A stretch of DNA of 64,000 bases from an uncultured delta proteobacterium (GTDB lineage Bacteria > Myxococcota_A > Polyangia > Polyangiales > Polyangiaceae), in the NCBI GenBank assembly GCA_963696385.1, contig CAVOKF010000005.1, positions 992,001 through 1,056,000 of the forward strand, written 5' to 3'. The translations under genes were made by a program, and so were the position numbers. Position 1 is the first letter of the stretch. Each line of letters opens with the position of its first letter. Of the stretch, positions 42,395-50,774 are shown in pieces. A model generated the notes under the pieces. It ran no database searches. It saw only the letters and a list, made by a program, of their open reading frames with translations, and was not told the origin of the DNA.

Positions 42395-43177
42395 TCAGTC
42401 TTTGCGGAGACGATATCCGATCCCAGGCTCGGTCAAGAAGTAGTACGGCCGGGCCGCGTCGATCTCGAACTTGCGGCGCAGCTGGCCCATGTACACGCGA
42501 AGGTACTGCGTGGCGTTCGTGTGCGCCGGGCCCCAGACGGCCATCATGATCTGCTCGTGCGTCAGCACCTCGCCGGCCCTGCGCATCATGGTCTCGAACA
42601 GCTTGTACTGACGCCGCGTGAGCCGCACCTCGTGCCCGCGCACGAACGCCTGGGCCTTGCCGAAGTCGATGCGGAGCGGCCCGACCTCGAGCGCCGAGCC
42701 CAGCGAGTGCGCGCTCGCGCGCTGGCGGTGACGAAGCCACACCCGGACGCGGGCGAGAAGCTCGCCCGTTGCGAATGGCCTCGTCAGGTACTCGTTCGCG
42801 CCCGAGTCGAGCGCCGGGATCTTGTGGTTCTCGTCCTCAGGTTCAGCGAGGATGAGGATGGGCGCATCCGACCACGCCCGGAGGCTGGTGGTGACCTGGA
42901 TGCCGTTTAGGTCCGGCAGGCCGAAGTCGACGATGACGATGTCGGGGTTGTATGCGGTCGCATGCGCGAGCCCCTGCCTTCCGGTGTCGGCTTCGATCAC
43001 GCGCATCCGCTGGTCGCAGAGGACCGTGCTCAGATAAGCGCGCGCGCGTGCGTCGCTCTCGGCCAGGAGAACGAGCGGCGTGACCGCGCGCTTCGCGCGC
43101 GCTTGGACCGGAGGGCCGGACCTCGGGATCGCGTTCGACGGATCGTCGTCCAGAACGACGGCAAGTGAGGTCTGCAT
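42395..43177 (-). CDS. OmpR-family KdpE-like response regulator, atypical receiver
   Basis: PDIVIVDFGLPDLNG; LDSGANEYLTRPF..GELLARVR; VLTHEQI..AVWGP; YLRVYMGQLRRK; LTEPGIGYR. Confidence 0.9.
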   Translation of the reverse strand: MQTSLAVVLDDDPSNAIPRSGPPVQARAKRAVTPLVLLAESDARARAYLSTVLCDQRMRVIEADTGRQGLAHATAYNPDIVIVDFGLPDLNGIQVTTSLRAWSDAPILILAEPEDENHKIPALDSGANEYLTRPFATGELLARVRVWLRHRQRASAHSLGSALEVGPLRIDFGKAQAFVRGHEVRLTRRQYKLFETMMRRAGEVLTHEQIMMAVWGPAHTNATQYLRVYMGQLRRKFEIDAARPYYFLTEPGIGYRLRKD

Positions 43178-43187
43178 GGGATCTCTC

Positions 43188-43241
43188 CATTTTTATCTCT
43201 GATTTGCGCGGAGCGTCGGCATTTTCATCTCAGATTTGCGC
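43188..43241 (+). promoter_or_regulatory. Two 22-bp direct repeats (32-bp period), each containing a KdpE-box-like site
   Basis: catttttatctctgatttgcgc and cattttcatctcagatttgcgc; core TT(T/C)ATC-N5-TTTGCG. Confidence 0.6.
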
Positions 43242-43439
43242 AAGCTCGGCGCCACGATTTTCCACGTTTTTGCGCCGAATCACCGAGGCTCCTCGCGCCC
43301 TCTGTCTCGGCGGCGCTGTTGGAATAACCGCAGAATGCGAGGGCATGTATGTCGTCACGGTTTCGACCGCACGGCGTGGTCGTGATCCGGCCTTTTCCAC
43401 ATTCGCTATCCCAATTTTGATTCCGCCAGGAAGCTACAA

Positions 43440-43456
43440 TTAACGTCTTTTTTATT
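43440..43456 (+). promoter_or_regulatory. KdpE-box-like repeat upstream of beta-barrel 2
   Basis: TTAACG-tcttt-TTTATT. Confidence 0.5.
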
Positions 43457-43616
43457 TCGTTGCGTCCTAAGGAAGCACTCGTAGCTCACTGAAGCCACGG
43501 GTCGAAGGCCGTCGCCGCAAGGCGACCTAGCCGTCACCGCCGCGGCTCCGGCGCATGAATCCTCACGCGTCGATGGCGGTCCCTTGTCTTCGTCGAAAAC
43601 GCGAGGAGTTCCATCT

Positions 43617-45221
43617 ATGAAACGTAAGTCGAGCCTTCGCAGCCTGCGCTTCGGTACCGTCTTGGGCGCGCTGTCCATCTCCGTGGAGAGCGTGGCGTTC
43701 GCGCAGCCACCTCCCGCCGAGACGCCTCCGCCCGCGGCCCCGCCGCCCGCTGCGGCGCCCGCGGCCCCGCCGCCTGCAGCTGCGGCCGCCCCTGCGCCGG
43801 CGGCCCCCGCAGCGACTGCGCCGCCCGCGGCCCCGACCGGGTTCGCCGCGCCCCCCACGCCTGCCGCGCCCGCCGCTGCGCCCCCGCCGGGCCCGTTCGA
43901 CGGCATTGCCCAGACGGAGAGCCCGCCCTTTGCCCTGGACTTCGGTTGGATCAACGGTACCAGCCGACAGAAGAAGCCTGTGATCGACACGCCGTTCTTC
44001 ACCGGCGAGTTTCTCGTTGACGTCAACTACACCCAGTCCAAGGCCAACCCGATCGACCATACCGTCATCGGGTCGACGTCGATCGCGCGAGACAACGAGG
44101 TCTCACTCGCCTTCTTGGGCCTCGGCGGCGACTTCCACATCAAGAACACGCGTATGCGCATCATGACGCAGTTCGGGTACCGCGCCGTGGAGATTCCGCG
44201 CAACGACTTCAGCACCTTCCATGGGCAGTTCGACTTGCAGAACACGCTCCGATACATCAGCGAGTGGAACGGCGGATACCACTGGGATGTGCTCCACGGC
44301 ATCAACGTCGACGCGGGCATCTTCATGTCGTACGTCGGCCTGTTCTCGTACACCGCATACGAAAACTGGATGTACGTCCCGTCGTATACCTCGGACAACA
44401 CGCCCTGGTTCTTCAACGGCATCCGGACGCAGATCTTCCCGACCGACACCCTGAAGATCGAGCCTTGGATCATCAACGGCTGGCAGTCGTACGCCAAGTT
44501 CAACGACATGCCCGGCTTCGGTGGCCAGGTGATGTTCCGTCCCGTCGAGTGGATCTCGATGAACTCGAACGACTACTTCGGCTTTGACGCCCAGGACCTA
44601 TCGGGCCTTTACCGCTGGCACACGGACAACAGCTTTAACATCCGATACTGGAACAACCCGGGCGCGTCGGTCATCACACGCCTCGCCGCGTCGTACACCT
44701 TCGACGTCGGCGGCGAACACGGGGACGGTGTCGCGTTCTCCGGCAAATCGCCGGAGTTCCAATGCAGCGTCGCAAAGCCCTGCCCGGCGCGCTTCATCAG
44801 CGCGATGACCTACCAGCGCGCCTGGTTCGGCGACCAGTTCGCGGTCACCGTCGGCGGCGGCTGGATGACCAACCCCAGCCGCTACCTCATCCTGACGCCG
44901 ACTGGAAATGCCCAGCCCCTTCCCCAGCCCGAGAGCACGGCACAAGTCGCGTACGTCCCACCCACGAGCCCGTATGACATCAACTTCGGCTCGAAGATCA
45001 CCATGTGGGACTACGAGGCCGGCTTTCAATACATGCCGAGCGACTATTTCACGCTGGACGTCGAGCTGAACCATCGGGGATCGAGCGTTCCGTTCTTCAA
45101 CGGTCACGGCGGCGACACCTCGCCCGACGGCTACATCACGACGCCTGCGGGTCCGGGCTGGCGGGCGGACCTGCAGAAGTCCGACGACCGAATCATCATT
45201 GCTTGGCTGGTCCGCCTCTAA
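43617..45221 (+). CDS. Outer-membrane beta-barrel protein (putative porin), copy 2
   Basis: SD gaggag; signal AFAQ; Pro/Ala linker; GIFMSYVGLFSY, SDNTPWFFNG, GHGG and TSPDGY shared with copy 1. Confidence 0.85.
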   Translation: MKRKSSLRSLRFGTVLGALSISVESVAFAQPPPAETPPPAAPPPAAAPAAPPPAAAAAPAPAAPAATAPPAAPTGFAAPPTPAAPAAAPPPGPFDGIAQTESPPFALDFGWINGTSRQKKPVIDTPFFTGEFLVDVNYTQSKANPIDHTVIGSTSIARDNEVSLAFLGLGGDFHIKNTRMRIMTQFGYRAVEIPRNDFSTFHGQFDLQNTLRYISEWNGGYHWDVLHGINVDAGIFMSYVGLFSYTAYENWMYVPSYTSDNTPWFFNGIRTQIFPTDTLKIEPWIINGWQSYAKFNDMPGFGGQVMFRPVEWISMNSNDYFGFDAQDLSGLYRWHTDNSFNIRYWNNPGASVITRLAASYTFDVGGEHGDGVAFSGKSPEFQCSVAKPCPARFISAMTYQRAWFGDQFAVTVGGGWMTNPSRYLILTPTGNAQPLPQPESTAQVAYVPPTSPYDINFGSKITMWDYEAGFQYMPSDYFTLDVELNHRGSSVPFFNGHGGDTSPDGYITTPAGPGWRADLQKSDDRIIIAWLVRL

Positions 45222-45248
45222 GCGCGGCTTGGAATCTCGGAGATCACC

Positions 45249-45944
45249 ATGAAGCCTACAAAGACTGTGAAGAGCACTTTCATGACCCCGATCCATCTCG
45301 CTCGCCTAGGTGTGCTGCTTGCGGTTGGCTCAGTCGCGCTCGCCCTGGCGCCAGCCGGCTGCATCGGCGGATGGGCCTACGGCAACGTTCCCGAAGGCGA
45401 CCGATGCAATCCGTACGACAGCCACAACGAGTGTAAGAGCGGCCTGGCCTGCACCGTCTCATCGTGGCAAGTGGCCAACCAGGGCCTCGTGTCGGCCCAG
45501 GGAACCGTCGTCCCCTTCCTCACCGCAGGCTCCGGGCCCACGCTCCCGTTCTGCGCCGAAAACTACTGCTGCCCGGTCGACAGCAACGGCAACCTCACGC
45601 CAAGCAGCAACCCGTATTGTCAGGCGGGTTGCAACGGCGGAGCGGCGTCGATTTGCACCGCACTCGGAAACAACACGACCGCCCCTTACATTGGTGTGTG
45701 CGATTTCGCGGATGGGGGTGTGTTGCCGCCGGAGGAGGACGCCGGCGACGGGGGCACACCCGAGGCGTCCGCGGAGGCGAGCACGGAGGCGAGCACGGAG
45801 GCGAGCACGGAGGCGAGCACGGAGGCGAGCACGGAGGCGAGCACGGAGGCGAGCACGGAGGCGAGCACGGAGGCGAGCACGGAGGCGAGCACGGAGGCGA
45901 GCACGGAGGCGAGCACGCCCGCCGATGGAAGTAGCGGAGACTGA
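45249..45944 (+). CDS. Cys-rich lipoprotein with (EAST)n tail (porin-linked, copy 2)
   Basis: PAGC lipobox; GDRCNPYDSHNEC; YCCPVDSNGNLT...CQ; repeat tail. Confidence 0.75.
   Translation: MKPTKTVKSTFMTPIHLARLGVLLAVGSVALALAPAGCIGGWAYGNVPEGDRCNPYDSHNECKSGLACTVSSWQVANQGLVSAQGTVVPFLTAGSGPTLPFCAENYCCPVDSNGNLTPSSNPYCQAGCNGGAASICTALGNNTTAPYIGVCDFADGGVLPPEEDAGDGGTPEASAEASTEASTEASTEASTEASTEASTEASTEASTEASTEASTEASTEASTPADGSSGD
45772..45917 (+). repeat. 12-bp perfect coding tandem repeat (EAST), ~12 copies
   Basis: cggaggcgagca repeated. Confidence 0.95.
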
Positions 45945-46119
45945 GAGGCACTGCTGACAGCACGAACCGCCGTCGCCTCCCTTGCTATGCGCATGAACGC
46001 GTGCGCGCCCCAGGGGAGGCGATCGCTGGACCCTGAGCGAGCTCTCTGTTCTTTTCGGTGGCGGGTGCGGTCCCTTGCGATCGACGTCGATGCCACTTTG
46101 TGTAACATCCGGACCGCAG

Positions 46120-46646
46120 ATGCGGCGATTCCTTGCTTGGTCGTGGGCGGCATCGATGGCTCTCTCGGGCTGCGGCTCGTGCTCGTGGTTTCCGCTTCTG
46201 CCGGACAAGCGGACGACCGTGGACCACGCGCATGAGCTCGACGAAACGTGTGCGCAGGATGCTGGACCGTTGGCGGCTGATGCGCTTTCTCCCTCCGTCA
46301 TCGAGAGTGTCCAGGCAGCCTATATCCACGTGAACCAGGAGCGGGGGGCGACCTACGCCTGCGCGGTGCGGAGCTGCACATGCGGCCGACGGTGACCATC
46401 CCCGTCGGCGTGCTGCAGCGCGCTCTCGAGTGCCATGAAGCGGCCGTCACGTTGGGAGACGCGCCGGAGCTCCCCGAAGATCCGTACGTCCTGCCTGGTT
46501 CCTGGCTCCAGATCGACGTCAGCGTCACGAACGAGGGGCTGATGGCGGCCGTGCTCACGAACACCCCTGACGACGCGCGGCGCGTCATAGAGCGAGCGCA
46601 CAGGTTCGCGCCCTCCGCGCGTCTGGTGATCGCGCCACGGCCGTGA
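46120..46646 (+). CDS. Uncharacterised lipoprotein family, paralogue 5; frameshift in the G6 run at 46343-46348
   Basis: LSGC lipobox and PDKRTTVD in one frame; DLRLRGAELHMRP, RALECHE and EDPYVLPGSWLQI in the next. Removing one G restores a protein most similar to paralogue 1. Confidence 0.75.
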
Positions 46647-46718
46647 TGAATCAGGGTCCCATGCGGCCGCGTCGCCAAGGGTGCGCGGGGGACGGGTGTC
46701 GACGAGGGCGCCGAACGG

Positions 46719-47006
46719 TCAGCCCCCTTGCGGGTTCACGCAATCGGCCTGCGCCTGCGGAGGGGCTCCCCTAAACTGGGCATCGCCTCCGGCATCGTTC
46801 GTGATAGTGACCGTGCAGGTGGAGCCCGTTACCACGACGGTGGCCTGTCCGGGCGTCGGGGAAGCGCCGCAGAAGCAAACGGTGGACCCATCGCTCGCGG
46901 TGACGACGCAGCAGGTGTTGAGGGGTGGAAAGGATGCCGCACCCGTGCAAGAGAGCGCACCTACGGAAAGAGCCAGGCCGAACAGCGCGGGGATGCTCGT
47001 TCTCAT
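46719..47006 (-). CDS. Small Cys-rich lipoprotein
   Basis: ALSC lipobox; TCCVV, VCFC and CTV motifs. Confidence 0.55.
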   Translation of the reverse strand: MRTSIPALFGLALSVGALSCTGAASFPPLNTCCVVTASDGSTVCFCGASPTPGQATVVVTGSTCTVTITNDAGGDAQFRGAPPQAQADCVNPQGG

Positions 47007-47580
47007 CGCAGACCATCTTGCCCCATGGAGTTCGGGTTCGCCAAGGCTCTCGCCCGAGCCCCGTGAGGCCTGCCTCTCGGTCTCCCTGTTCCCTGCGCGA
47101 TTCGCCCGGACCCGAGGGGCCATGGATCTTCGATGGGCTTTCTGGCGCTCCGGAAGTTCGTCGACAGAAGCGAAAGCAGCAAGCACGAGGGGTGGCCCCA
47201 TGGAAATTGGGAATGGATATGAGTCATGGGTGGATTATCAAGTTTCACTTGGGCGCGGTTCGCGGCCGACGTCCACGGGAGCGGTGAGTGCCGCGTGGGT
47301 CGGCGTTCGCATCTTTTTTTCTGCCGTCCCGAAGCACTCGTAAACGGCGTGCAGCCTTCGGGGCCGCGACGTTGGCCAGGGCCACGGACGACTCCCGCGC
47401 GGGCAGCTCAGGGAAAGCCACCCGTCGCTGACCCCGACCGGTAAGCGAACGCCCATCTCGCGCGTGGCGAGGACAACGGGCGGTAGCGTGTGGACGCTGG
47501 CGGCGGGGGGGCCCTTGACGAAGGGCCCGTGCCTCGGCGAAGCTTACTCTTCATACGTTCGGGCGCGCGGGGCAGTGTGC

Positions 47581-49263
47581 ATGTCAGAATCGGAGACCGA
47601 CGCCGACGAACAGCTCGCACGCGCTCGCGCCCGACTGGGCACCACGCTACGGGGCAAGTACCGGCTCGATCGCATTCTGGGCGTGGGCGGCATGGCCGCC
47701 GTTTACGCGGCAACCCATCGCAACGGCAATGAATTCGCCGTCAAGCTGCTGCATCCGGAGCTGTCGCTCAGCAGCGACCTGCGGAACCGTTTTCTGAGGG
47801 AGGGGCAGGCGGCTGGCGCGGTTAAGCATCCGGGCGTCGTGTCCGTGCTCGACGACGACGTAGCCGAAGACGGCACGGCGTTCCTCGTGATGGAGCTTTT
47901 GCGCGGCGAATCGGTCGAAGCAGTGTGGGAGCGCCTTGGCAAACGCCTGGCCGGTCGCTTCGTCGTCGACATCGGAGTCGAGCTGCTCGATGTGCTTGCG
48001 GCCGCCCACGAGCGCGGCGTCGTCCATCGGGACATCAAGCCGGCCAACCTGCTTCTCACGCTCGACGGACGACTCAAGGTGCTCGACTTTGGCATTGCCC
48101 GTCTCCGCGATGCGGCTTCGGCGCAAGCCACGCGCACCGGGATCACGATGGGGACGCCGGCCTTCATGGCGCCCGAGCAGGTGCTCGGCAAGACCACCGA
48201 GATCGACGGGCGGACGGACGTGTGGGCGGCTGGCGCCACCCTTTTTACGCTCGCTTCGGGGCGCCTGGTGCACGAGGCCGACACGGTGCAGCAAATCATG
48301 ATTGCGGCGGCCACGACGCCTGCCCCCTCGCTGGCGAGCGTCCTGCCGGGCGCTCACCCGTCGCTCTGCGCGGTCGTGGACGGCGCGCTTGCATTCGCAA
48401 GGGGCGACCGCTTTCCCGACGCGGCGTCGATGCGCGATGCCTTGCGCAAGGTGTCGGCAAGCCTCTACGCCGGGGCCTCGCCTCAGCGGTCGCTGCTCGA
48501 GCTGAGCGAGGCGGCGAGGAAGTCGGCCGAGTCGACGCCGCACTCGATCCCGGCCCACCCGTCGTCGCCCGCGCCGGCCCCCGTCGCCTTGGATCGAGCG
48601 CCCGCCGCGTCGGTCCCGTACTCCGTCCCTGTGCACGCGCCGTCGCCCGGGCCTTCGCCCGCCGCGTCGGGGTGGGTGCCTCCGCCCCCGCGGCCCATTC
48701 CCCAGCCGCTCGCGGTCCGTCACGGGGGCGCCGTGTCCGAGTTCGTGACCGCGCAACCGGTGTCGCGCGATTCGCCTTCCAAGAGCCTGGCGCGCGCGAA
48801 CTCTAGGCTGGTGGTGGTGCTCGCGTCTTTGGTCGGGGCGTTGGTCGTTATGGCGACCGCTACAGTGGCCGTCGTCGGCTCGCGATCCTCGACGAGCGCC
48901 CCTGCCGTGCCGGTGGTGGCCAGCACCCCCACCGCCTCCGCCACCGCGAACAGCCCGAACAGCGTCGAGGTCAATGTCATCAATTACCCGAGCCCGACGT
49001 CGAAGATCGTCAACGCGCCGCCCGTAGCACCCGCGCCCGCCGGATCCGGGCCCGCCAAGCCGGAGGCCCCGACCTCGATGCCCGAGGTCGTCGCCGGCTC
49101 GGCCGGTGCCGCGACGCCTTCGTCGGCCTCGCCTCCGGCGCGTCCGATGGCCCCGCCGGCTGCACCGGCCATACCCGCCAAGCCGAGCCCCTCGGCAAAG
49201 CCCGCCTGCTTCTATTACGAAAACGGGATCAAAAAGTGGCGCCGGGAGTGCCTCTCGCAATGA
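47581..49263 (+). CDS. Membrane Ser/Thr protein kinase (Hanks type)
   Basis: GVGGMAAV; AVK; HRDIKPAN; DFG; GTPAFMAPE; TM helix; C-terminal C..Y.ENGIKKWRREC motif. Confidence 0.95.
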   Translation: MSESETDADEQLARARARLGTTLRGKYRLDRILGVGGMAAVYAATHRNGNEFAVKLLHPELSLSSDLRNRFLREGQAAGAVKHPGVVSVLDDDVAEDGTAFLVMELLRGESVEAVWERLGKRLAGRFVVDIGVELLDVLAAAHERGVVHRDIKPANLLLTLDGRLKVLDFGIARLRDAASAQATRTGITMGTPAFMAPEQVLGKTTEIDGRTDVWAAGATLFTLASGRLVHEADTVQQIMIAAATTPAPSLASVLPGAHPSLCAVVDGALAFARGDRFPDAASMRDALRKVSASLYAGASPQRSLLELSEAARKSAESTPHSIPAHPSSPAPAPVALDRAPAASVPYSVPVHAPSPGPSPAASGWVPPPPRPIPQPLAVRHGGAVSEFVTAQPVSRDSPSKSLARANSRLVVVLASLVGALVVMATATVAVVGSRSSTSAPAVPVVASTPTASATANSPNSVEVNVINYPSPTSKIVNAPPVAPAPAGSGPAKPEAPTSMPEVVAGSAGAATPSSASPPARPMAPPAAPAIPAKPSPSAKPACFYYENGIKKWRRECLSQ

Positions 49264-50774
49264 TGCGATCCGTCTTTGGATGGCCGCGTCGCAGCGGTCT
49301 GGTTGCGGGCGGGTTGTGGATCGGGATCTACGCCAGCGCCTGCCAGATGCTATCGGGCATCGGGGCAAAACCACCGACCGTAGACGAATGCGCAACGGCC
49401 GACGAGACCGCTCAGGCGCTTCGGAAGAACGGCAACCTCCGCGCGGCCAAGCAGCAACTTGCCGTGTGCGTCAACAGCGCCTGCCCGGCGCCGGTGCGCG
49501 AAGACTGCACGGAGAGGACGACCGAAGTCGACAAGGCGATGCCGACGGTTCTCTTCGATGTCAAGGACAGCTCCGGAATCGGCGTCACCGCCGTCGGCGT
49601 CGTCATGGACGACGTGGCGCTCACCGATCACGTCGACGCTACCGCGTTTGCAGTCGACCCCGGCAAGCACCGCTTTACGTTCACGGCCGCGAACGGCGTT
49701 GCGGTCCAGAAGGAAGTCGTCGTCCGAGAGGGCGAGAAAGGCCAGTTCGTCACGGCGGCGTTCGGGCCGCGCGCGGTCGGTTCCGAGGTCGCCGCCGGGG
49801 CCGACGCGGGCGTCGCGCACGGTCCGCCGCCAATCGGTGACGACCAGAAGGCTGCCGCGCGGCTGCTCGGCACCGAGGGCGTTACGATGTCGCTCGCGGG
49901 CGATTGCGCCGGCGCCGTCGATCGGCTCGCGCGAGCGGAGGCGCTCGTGCATGCTCCCACCACGGCACTGCCGCTCGCCCGGTGCCAGCTCACCCTCGGG
50001 AAGGTGGTCGAGGCCATCGAAATCTTGAATCGCTTGGTGCACGAGGCCCTATCCCCCGACGCCCCCAAATCGTGGCTCGAAGCGCGAGCTCAGGCTCCGG
50101 CCCTGCTCGCCGCGGCTGAATTGCGCGTCGCGAAGCTTCAAATCCACGTCGAGCGAACGACCGACGCCGGGGGTGCGGGAAGCGACATCCAGCTTGCGGT
50201 CGACGGCGAGTCCGTCCCGTCAATCCTGATCGACCACGACCGGCCGACCAACCCCGGTCCGCACCGCGTCACGGTGGTGGCGGCGGGCTTCGTGCCCGCC
50301 GAGGCCGACGTGACGCTGGTCGACGGGCAGTCCCAGGCCGTGTTGCTGCGCCTGGAGCCACAGCCCGCCGCGCTGGCGATCGCGGGAGCGGTCCCCGGGC
50401 CCGCCCAGCCATCGGCAGGAGCCGAGTCGGCCGCGACGCCGAACCGCCTGCCGGCCTACGTGGCGTTCGGCGCGGGCGGCGCCGCAATCGTCGTCGGAAG
50501 CGCGTACGGCGTGCTCGCCTTCCAGGCCAAATCGCACCTCAGCTCCGCGTGCAGCGACCTGGTTTGCCCGACCTCGTCGCAGGGCGACATCAACGCCTAC
50601 AAGAGCGATCCGGTCATCTCGACGGTCGCTTGGGGGGTGGGCCTCGCGGCCGCCGCGGCGGGCGTCTACTTCTGGGTCTCTGCCGGACACCCCAAGCCGC
50701 CATCGGCGGCGGGATTGGCCGTCCGCCCCGTCCTCGCGCCCGGAGCCGCAGGCCTCGTCGGGACCTTCCAATGA
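49260..50774 (+). CDS. Tandem TPR/PEGA domain protein (two TPR-PEGA modules)
   Basis: ATGA overlap; LAVC...CP.PVREDC; VDPGKH; second module HAPTT..LARC...NPGPH; ends LVGTFQ. Confidence 0.8.
   Translation: MMRSVFGWPRRSGLVAGGLWIGIYASACQMLSGIGAKPPTVDECATADETAQALRKNGNLRAAKQQLAVCVNSACPAPVREDCTERTTEVDKAMPTVLFDVKDSSGIGVTAVGVVMDDVALTDHVDATAFAVDPGKHRFTFTAANGVAVQKEVVVREGEKGQFVTAAFGPRAVGSEVAAGADAGVAHGPPPIGDDQKAAARLLGTEGVTMSLAGDCAGAVDRLARAEALVHAPTTALPLARCQLTLGKVVEAIEILNRLVHEALSPDAPKSWLEARAQAPALLAAAELRVAKLQIHVERTTDAGGAGSDIQLAVDGESVPSILIDHDRPTNPGPHRVTVVAAGFVPAEADVTLVDGQSQAVLLRLEPQPAALAIAGAVPGPAQPSAGAESAATPNRLPAYVAFGAGGAAIVVGSAYGVLAFQAKSHLSSACSDLVCPTSSQGDINAYKSDPVISTVAWGVGLAAAAAGVYFWVSAGHPKPPSAAGLAVRPVLAPGAAGLVGTFQ

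Noticed and set aside
46343..46348. Phase-variable poly-G switch in paralogue 5
   Set aside because: A G6 run is short for phase variation, and similar single-base indels occur elsewhere in the window, so sequencing error is more likely.
33640..47400. kdpF/kdpABC/kdpD genes or a c-di-AMP (ydaO) riboswitch in the island
   Set aside because: I saw no KdpF-like small hydrophobic ORF, P-type ATPase, kinase or riboswitch consensus. The only PERF peptide lies inside paralogue 3.
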